Shown in pieces: positions 8,965 to 13,673 of a stretch of 13,673 nucleotides of DNA. The stretch lies in contig JBNKNM010000151.1 of assembly GCA_050293845.1 (NCBI GenBank), forward strand, positions 1-13,673, read 5' to 3'. A model generated the notes under the pieces. The model saw only the letters and a program-made list of their open reading frames with translations, was not told where the DNA came from and searched no databases. The DNA is from Pseudobacteriovorax sp. (lineage in GTDB: Bacteria > Bdellovibrionota_B > Oligoflexia > Oligoflexales > Oligoflexaceae). Positions within the stretch are counted from its first letter, which is position 1, and each line of letters starts with the position of its first letter. The position numbers and the translations under genes are program-made.

Positions 8965-9318
8965 ATGGAACGTAAAGCTAAACTCCTTGTTGTTGATGAC
9001 GACTGTGATCTCTGTGAAATTATACTAGGAATGATAGAGCACGCTTATGAAGTCAAAACAGCGAATAATGGGAACGAGGCCAATCAACTTCTTCAACAGG
9101 AACATTTTGATCTTGTGATATCTGACTATAAGATGCCGGGTCTAACGGGAGCAAATTTGGCAAAAAAACATCCCAATACAAAATTTTTAATAATCACTGG
9201 CATGACCCATAAGCCAGCATCGATAAAGCACTACGAAATCTTGTCAAAACCTCTTTCTGCACAAACTTTACTTAATCGCATTTCAAAAATATTAACTGTA
9301 GACCAAAAGGCCATCTAA
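8965..9318 (+). CDS. Single-domain response regulator (receiver only)
   Basis: LLVVDDD acidic pocket, DLVISDYKMP phospho-acceptor Asp, IITG, LSKP. No output domain. ATG 8965 has better spacing to GGGA than ATG 8953. Confidence 0.92.
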   Translation: MERKAKLLVVDDDCDLCEIILGMIEHAYEVKTANNGNEANQLLQQEHFDLVISDYKMPGLTGANLAKKHPNTKFLIITGMTHKPASIKHYEILSKPLSAQTLLNRISKILTVDQKAI

Positions 9319-9359
9319 TTTGTAGCTTTACATATTTAAATTGCGGTTATTGATAAATT

Positions 9360-9968
9360 ATGAAAAAAATTGGCATTTACTATCGCGTTTCAACAGAAAA
9401 GCAGGATCTAGCTAGTCAAAAAAACGAAGTGCAGAAATGGCTAGACTCCCTAGATCAAGACAATAAACCTCAACACATCTTTGAATTTTGTGACACAGGT
9501 ATCTCAGGTAAAACTAGCAAAAGACCCGGTTATCAGAACATGCTTCGTGCTGCCTTTGAACGCCGCATCGATACTATCGTAGTTTACAGGCTAGATCGCA
9601 TGAGCCGTAATGCCACAGAAGCTATCCAAACATTGCTATCATTAGATCAGGCAGGAGTTGCTTTCATATCAGTAACACAACCTGTTTTAAACTTAGGACA
9701 TGATAATCCATTTCGTCGCACAATCCTTGCAGCATTCTCAGAAATTGCAGAAATTGAGAGGGAAACTATAGTAGCACGAGTCAGAAGTGGGTTGAACGCG
9801 GCTCGCATGCGAGGAATGAAGCTTGGCCGCCCCAAGAAGTACACTCGTGAAAACCAAGAGCAAGTCCGCGAATTACGCAAGCAAGGTTTAACATATATGG
9901 AAATTAGCCGTCAGACAGGTATTAGCCACGGTGCAGTACAAACCCTGGCGAAAGGCCCTGATCTCTAG
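9360..9968 (+). CDS. Small serine recombinase (resolvase/invertase family) with C-terminal HTH
   Basis: YYRVSTEKQ (catalytic Ser11), DTGISG...RPG, VVYRLDRMSRN, AEIERETIVARVRSGL (E-helix), GRPKK arm, HTH GLTYMEISRQTGISHGAV. Confidence 0.95.
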   Translation: MKKIGIYYRVSTEKQDLASQKNEVQKWLDSLDQDNKPQHIFEFCDTGISGKTSKRPGYQNMLRAAFERRIDTIVVYRLDRMSRNATEAIQTLLSLDQAGVAFISVTQPVLNLGHDNPFRRTILAAFSEIAEIERETIVARVRSGLNAARMRGMKLGRPKKYTRENQEQVRELRKQGLTYMEISRQTGISHGAVQTLAKGPDL

Positions 9969-10336
9969 GATGCAGGCAAAAGTTTTTTCAATATAAGCAT
10001 GATAGCTTCATCTTTAAATGGCTTTACCAGCCAGGCTTTCACCCCTGCTTCCTTTGCAGCTGTTTTAACGCTATCATCGCCAATTTCCGTTGTAATCATA
10101 ATAATTGGCGGGGGTTTATTATCTGAAATTTTACAAATCCGTTGACACATTTCCAGCCCGGTAAGAATAGGCATATTATGATCTGAAAGTATAAGATTAA
10201 CTGTATTTTTCTGGAAGACATCGATCCCTTCTTGGCCGTTAGTAGCCAGTAATACTTCGTGACCCGCCAGCTCAATTAAGTCCTTAATATTATTGCGTTG
10301 CATTTCCGAATCATCTACAACAAGTACTTTTGCCAT
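9965..10336 (-). CDS. CheY-like single-domain response regulator
   Basis: VLVVDDS, LILSDHNMP, IIMITTE, AGVKAWLVKPF. ATG at 10336 follows a strong GGAGG and is preferred over the track's start at 10384. Its stop shares CTAG (9965-9968) with the recombinase stop. Confidence 0.92.
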   Translation of the reverse strand: MAKVLVVDDSEMQRNNIKDLIELAGHEVLLATNGQEGIDVFQKNTVNLILSDHNMPILTGLEMCQRICKISDNKPPPIIMITTEIGDDSVKTAAKEAGVKAWLVKPFKDEAIMLILKKLLPAS

Positions 10337-10401
10337 CGATTCCCTCCATTCGCCCCAAAGATCGGTCTCACTGTAGTTTATCACAATCCAGCCTCAATAG
10401 C

Positions 10402-11181
10402 TTAGTCTCCCCGTAAAAAGACTACACAAAGAACATTTTGTTTCGTATCACAGGACATAGTTATGCGATAGTCATACCAAGGAAATCTTTCTTTTACAGA
10501 GGAATTTTCCTTTCCAGGCAGAATGGAGCCATGGTTGCCTCCCACCCGCCCCCATGATTCATCACTGGACCAATCGGAGCAGTTATGAAATGGCTGCTTT
10601 TTAGACAGAGGCCAAATGCGCACCCCACTCCAAAACAAACCATTATAATCATTGACTTTATCGCTTTCTTTCCCAAATACTCCCGCAGCAGCTAGGCTGA
10701 TTAATAGCTGCGGGGTGGTAGAGTTGGCCTTATCAACAAACAAAGACTGCCAATGCTCCGCAACCTTGATTTGCTTGGGTAATGAATAAACCGGAGACTT
10801 ATCATCAAAACCGAGCTCGTCTCTAATGGAGGTAGATAAAAGCCTATCGGTGAATCCCAAAAAAGAAGTACATTTACCAGAAAACTCCCCTTTAATAGCT
10901 GAAAGGCATAGCTTGCTACTGCCATCGCGTCCACCTAAATTCCCTGAAAACGCACCGGGTGAAAATAAATAGACTCTGCCTGACTTTATTGACTCTGCTT
11001 GAAATATCTGTATAGTTTTTTTGTCTTTTCTAGAAATTTTTTTATCAAAATCTATCAAGGATGAGTTTGAAGTTTTGGCTCGCTTTAAATCTTTGGCTAG
11101 CATTTGGATATCTTGATTTAAGTCTTTGTCTTTCTGACAAGCTAATGCGCACCCCGCAATGAGTAAGTATAAGACTTTCAA
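10402..11181 (-). CDS. Predicted lipoprotein with a DUF1554 / endostatin-like domain
   Basis: Signal MKVLYLLIAGCALAC (lipobox Cys11 or Cys15), then F....FSGNLGGRDGSSKLC, FWSG, NCSDWSS..G.VG and W......SC....VLCV, matching the DUF1554 pattern as I recall it. TTG start with AAAGGA upstream. Confidence 0.7.
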   Translation of the reverse strand: MKVLYLLIAGCALACQKDKDLNQDIQMLAKDLKRAKTSNSSLIDFDKKISRKDKKTIQIFQAESIKSGRVYLFSPGAFSGNLGGRDGSSKLCLSAIKGEFSGKCTSFLGFTDRLLSTSIRDELGFDDKSPVYSLPKQIKVAEHWQSLFVDKANSTTPQLLISLAAAGVFGKESDKVNDYNGLFWSGVRIWPLSKKQPFHNCSDWSSDESWGRVGGNHGSILPGKENSSVKERFPWYDYRITMSCDTKQNVLCVVFLRGD

Positions 11182-11327
11182 AGATATTCCTTTTAAAAAT
11201 TCTATTTTAGATTTTAAAGCAAATAGTAGAGTATTCCAAATAAATATGTCTCGATAACAGTATCAGGGAATAATTTTCATTTTTTCTTTATTTTATTAAG
11301 GTTTTACTCCTAGGATTTCTTGACCTT

Positions 11328-11336
11328 TGTTAAAAT
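11328..11336 (+). promoter_or_regulatory. Candidate extended -10 promoter for trkAH
   Basis: TG-t-TAAAAT at 11328-11336, with a very T-rich tract (about 11271-11299) upstream, 63 nt before the trkA ATG. Confidence 0.4.
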
Positions 11337-11399
11337 TTCATTCATTGAGAGCGTGGGGCTTCGTGGGGAAGTCGGAACTTTGAAAAAGAAACTGAGAAT

Positions 11400-12743
11400 A
11401 TGAAGCATTCTAAGGACATTATTATCAGCGGTGCCGGTGAAGTGGGTAGTTTTGCAGCTCAATTGCTTTCTGAAAACGGTCATAATGTCACCGTTATAGA
11501 TGAAAACCCTGATTGTCTTGAAAAGCTGTCGCAGATAGTCGAGGCAAAAATGGTTCTGGGCTCTTCCTGTCACGCCCATATTCTGAATGAAGCTAGAATA
11601 GATAGCTGTGACGTTATGATCGCTGCCACAAGTTTGGATGAGATCAACTTACTATCGGGAGCCCTAGGCAAGCAACTAGGGGCTGGGAAAGTTATTTCTC
11701 GAATCCATAATAGGAATTACCGAGCGAGCAAAAGATTCGATTATGCTAAAGGCTTGGGTATTGACCACCTTATCTACCCAGAGGAATTGACGGCGCGCTC
11801 CATTTGTTCTCATATAAACGATCCTGGGGTTATGGCCATCCAAACCTTTGCCAGGGATCAGATTGAACTGCACCAATATCGTATCGATCACAACAGTCGC
11901 GTGCTTAACCTCCCTTTAAAGGAGGTCCGCCTTCCCGACGGCTTAAGAATCGTCAAAATCAGAAGAGATGGGGAGCTGGTTATACCTAATGCAGAAACTA
12001 CCCTACTCCCAAATGACATTGTCACGCTGATTGGACCTAGTGAAAGATATCAGCAAATAAAAGGCATTTTTTCGAAAGAAAAACGAAAAAGTAAAGAAAT
12101 AGCCATTGCGGGTGGAAGCTCTACTGCGGAGTGGGTGATTGCTCATCTCAAAGGTCAAGATGTTACCATCCGACTATTCGAGCAAAACTTCGAACGCGCA
12201 AATGAATTAGCAAGCAATTATAGTCGCATCACCGTGTTAGCAGCAGACTCCCTGGACATCCACACATTTGAGAGCGAACATTTGGAAAGATGCTCATCTT
12301 TGTTGGCTTTATCAGATAGCCAGGAGCGCAATATTCTTGTGGCCCTACAATCTAAAAAATTAGGTGTTGAGTCAACATTTGCGGTAATTCACAACTCTAC
12401 CTACCTCAGCGCCCTAGAGGAAGTTGGTATAGACCATTGCTATAGCCCTCGTATGGAAGCAGCTAAAGAGCTTCTTCGCTTAATGGATGATTCTCCTATC
12501 AAAACCATAACAACCCTGGGCGATGGTAGTTTTCATATTTATGAGATGACAGCTCAAGAAGGTGGAGCCATTGGGCATAAACTAAAAGATGTAAGCTTCC
12601 CCAATCATTCGTTTCTTGCAGCTATACAAAGAGGAACGAAAGTTTTTTGTCCCGAAGCAGATGATATTGTCGAAAAAGACGATACTCTTATTGTTATTGG
12701 CCCCGAAGAAATTGAACCTGTACTGACAGAACTATATGGATAA
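11400..12743 (+). CDS. trkA: Trk potassium uptake system regulatory subunit (two RCK_N/RCK_C pairs)
   Basis: IIISGAGEVG nucleotide-binding motif, IAATSLDEINL, LGIDHLIYPE, RRDGELVIP, second RCK with ERNILVALQSKKLG and SPRMEAA. 447 aa, directly upstream of trkH. Confidence 0.95.
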   Translation: MKHSKDIIISGAGEVGSFAAQLLSENGHNVTVIDENPDCLEKLSQIVEAKMVLGSSCHAHILNEARIDSCDVMIAATSLDEINLLSGALGKQLGAGKVISRIHNRNYRASKRFDYAKGLGIDHLIYPEELTARSICSHINDPGVMAIQTFARDQIELHQYRIDHNSRVLNLPLKEVRLPDGLRIVKIRRDGELVIPNAETTLLPNDIVTLIGPSERYQQIKGIFSKEKRKSKEIAIAGGSSTAEWVIAHLKGQDVTIRLFEQNFERANELASNYSRITVLAADSLDIHTFESEHLERCSSLLALSDSQERNILVALQSKKLGVESTFAVIHNSTYLSALEEVGIDHCYSPRMEAAKELLRLMDDSPIKTITTLGDGSFHIYEMTAQEGGAIGHKLKDVSFPNHSFLAAIQRGTKVFCPEADDIVEKDDTLIVIGPEEIEPVLTELYG

Positions 12744-12749
12744 ATTTTT

Positions 12750-13673
12750 ATGAACTATTCTGCTGTTGGAAAGATTCTGGGTTTGCTATTGCTTTTGCTA
12801 ACTGCCGGTATGGCTATTCCTCTAGGTATATCTGCAGTTGAGTTTTTTACATCGACTAACCCCTATCAGATTATCCCTCTTCAAGGAATCCTGAGTGGCA
12901 TTGGTGGCGGTTTATTAATCAGCATGACTTTGCTATATCTTAACCGTAATGCTGAGGCAAGCTTTGGTAAAAGTGAAGCTGTACTACTGGTATTTCTAGC
13001 CTGGTTTATTGGCGCTATCATAGCTGCTCTTCCATTTTATTTTTGGGCTGAATACCATCATACAGCATCAGGAAAAGTCACTCCATTTATGAATTATGTG
13101 AATTGTTTTTTCGAAACCGTAAGTGGCCTCACCACAACGGGAGCTTCTATTCTTACCAACATAAGTGAAATTCCCGATGCACTTCTTTTTTGGCGTGCAT
13201 TGATCCAATGGTACGGTGGACTAGGAATCGTTGTTCTTTTCGTGGCTATACTCCCTATGATTTCGGGTGGCAACAAAAAACTCTTTTCAGCAGAAGCAAC
13301 GGGGATTTCTAAGGATGGCAGTACCCCAAAAATTCAAGAGACAGCCCGTAGTCTTTGGCTCATATATGTTTTCATAACTGCCTTACAGGTCTTGGTTATG
13401 AAATTACTAGACCCTTCTTTATCACTGTTTACAGCTATCACATTTGCCTTTTCAACAGCTGCGACAGCTGGATTTAGTGTCTTTAACGAAAGTGCTGGAA
13501 CCATGATTCCGGCCATTCAGTGGACTATAATTGTTTTTATGGTAATCGCGGGCGTCAACTACGGGCTTTACTATCAAGTTATTAAGGGGAAATGGCGAGA
13601 CTTGATCTTTGATATGGAGTTCGTGAGCTATATCATTATCTTAACGATTGCAGCTGTGCTCATTAGTATGAAT
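12750..13673 (+). CDS. trkH: Trk potassium uptake membrane subunit, 5' part (runs off the window; missing from the ORF track)
   Basis: Open frame from ATG 12750 (MNYSAVGKILGLLLLLL...) with ALPFY, FFETVSGLTTTGASIL (first pore loop), FWRALIQWYGGLGIVV, TPKIQETARSLWLIY, FSTAATAGFS (second pore loop) and FMVIAGVNYGLYY. Confidence 0.95.
   Translation, partial: MNYSAVGKILGLLLLLLTAGMAIPLGISAVEFFTSTNPYQIIPLQGILSGIGGGLLISMTLLYLNRNAEASFGKSEAVLLVFLAWFIGAIIAALPFYFWAEYHHTASGKVTPFMNYVNCFFETVSGLTTTGASILTNISEIPDALLFWRALIQWYGGLGIVVLFVAILPMISGGNKKLFSAEATGISKDGSTPKIQETARSLWLIYVFITALQVLVMKLLDPSLSLFTAITFAFSTAATAGFSVFNESAGTMIPAIQWTIIVFMVIAGVNYGLYYQVIKGKWRDLIFDMEFVSYIIILTIAAVLISMN

Noticed and set aside
9360..9968. 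Tn3-family transposon or IS607 element around the recombinase
   Set aside because: No transposase or TnpB, no Tn3-type terminal repeats seen, and the HTH is C-terminal (IS607 TnpA has it N-terminal).
11341..11399. c-di-AMP (ydaO) riboswitch upstream of trkA
   Set aside because: Only a small GGCTTC/GAAGTC hairpin and a CGTGGGG duplication are present; the conserved ydaO motifs are absent and the leader is too short.
596..13516. Other short ORFs in the track (e.g. 596-784, 2023-2253, 7890-8201, 9647-9880, 11310-11579, 13094-13276, 13334-13516)
   Set aside because: They are shadow frames lying within or largely overlapping well-supported genes.
1..13673. CRISPR array, tRNA or rRNA genes
   Set aside because: No regularly spaced repeats, cloverleaf or rRNA-like sequence seen.

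Overview
AT-rich bacterial chromosomal window with nine complete CDSs, a truncated trkH at the right edge and a possible CDS tail at the left edge. In order: DUF3626 protein (-); ABC ATPase plus an ABC-2 permease/M1-peptidase fusion (+); signal-peptide-bearing catalase-peroxidase katG (+) with an OxyR-like box upstream; a solitary response-regulator receiver (+); a stand-alone resolvase/invertase-type serine recombinase (+); a convergent CheY-like receiver (-); a DUF1554/endostatin-like lipoprotein (-); trkA-trkH (+). The best candidate for something new is the non-coding segment 8652-8823. It has two interleaved inverted-repeat pairs (A-B-A'-B'), a G-U-containing internal hairpin, and a candidate promoter whose -10 box lies inside the perfect 11-bp inverted repeat. 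It sits upstream of the receiver and recombinase genes, so it could be a recombinase-driven inversion switch or a new structured RNA; both are hypotheses. A recurring intergenic motif (TAACAGTA, 4 copies) and a bipartite repeat bracketing the ABC operon also stand out. All family calls come from motif recognition by eye, not database searches.
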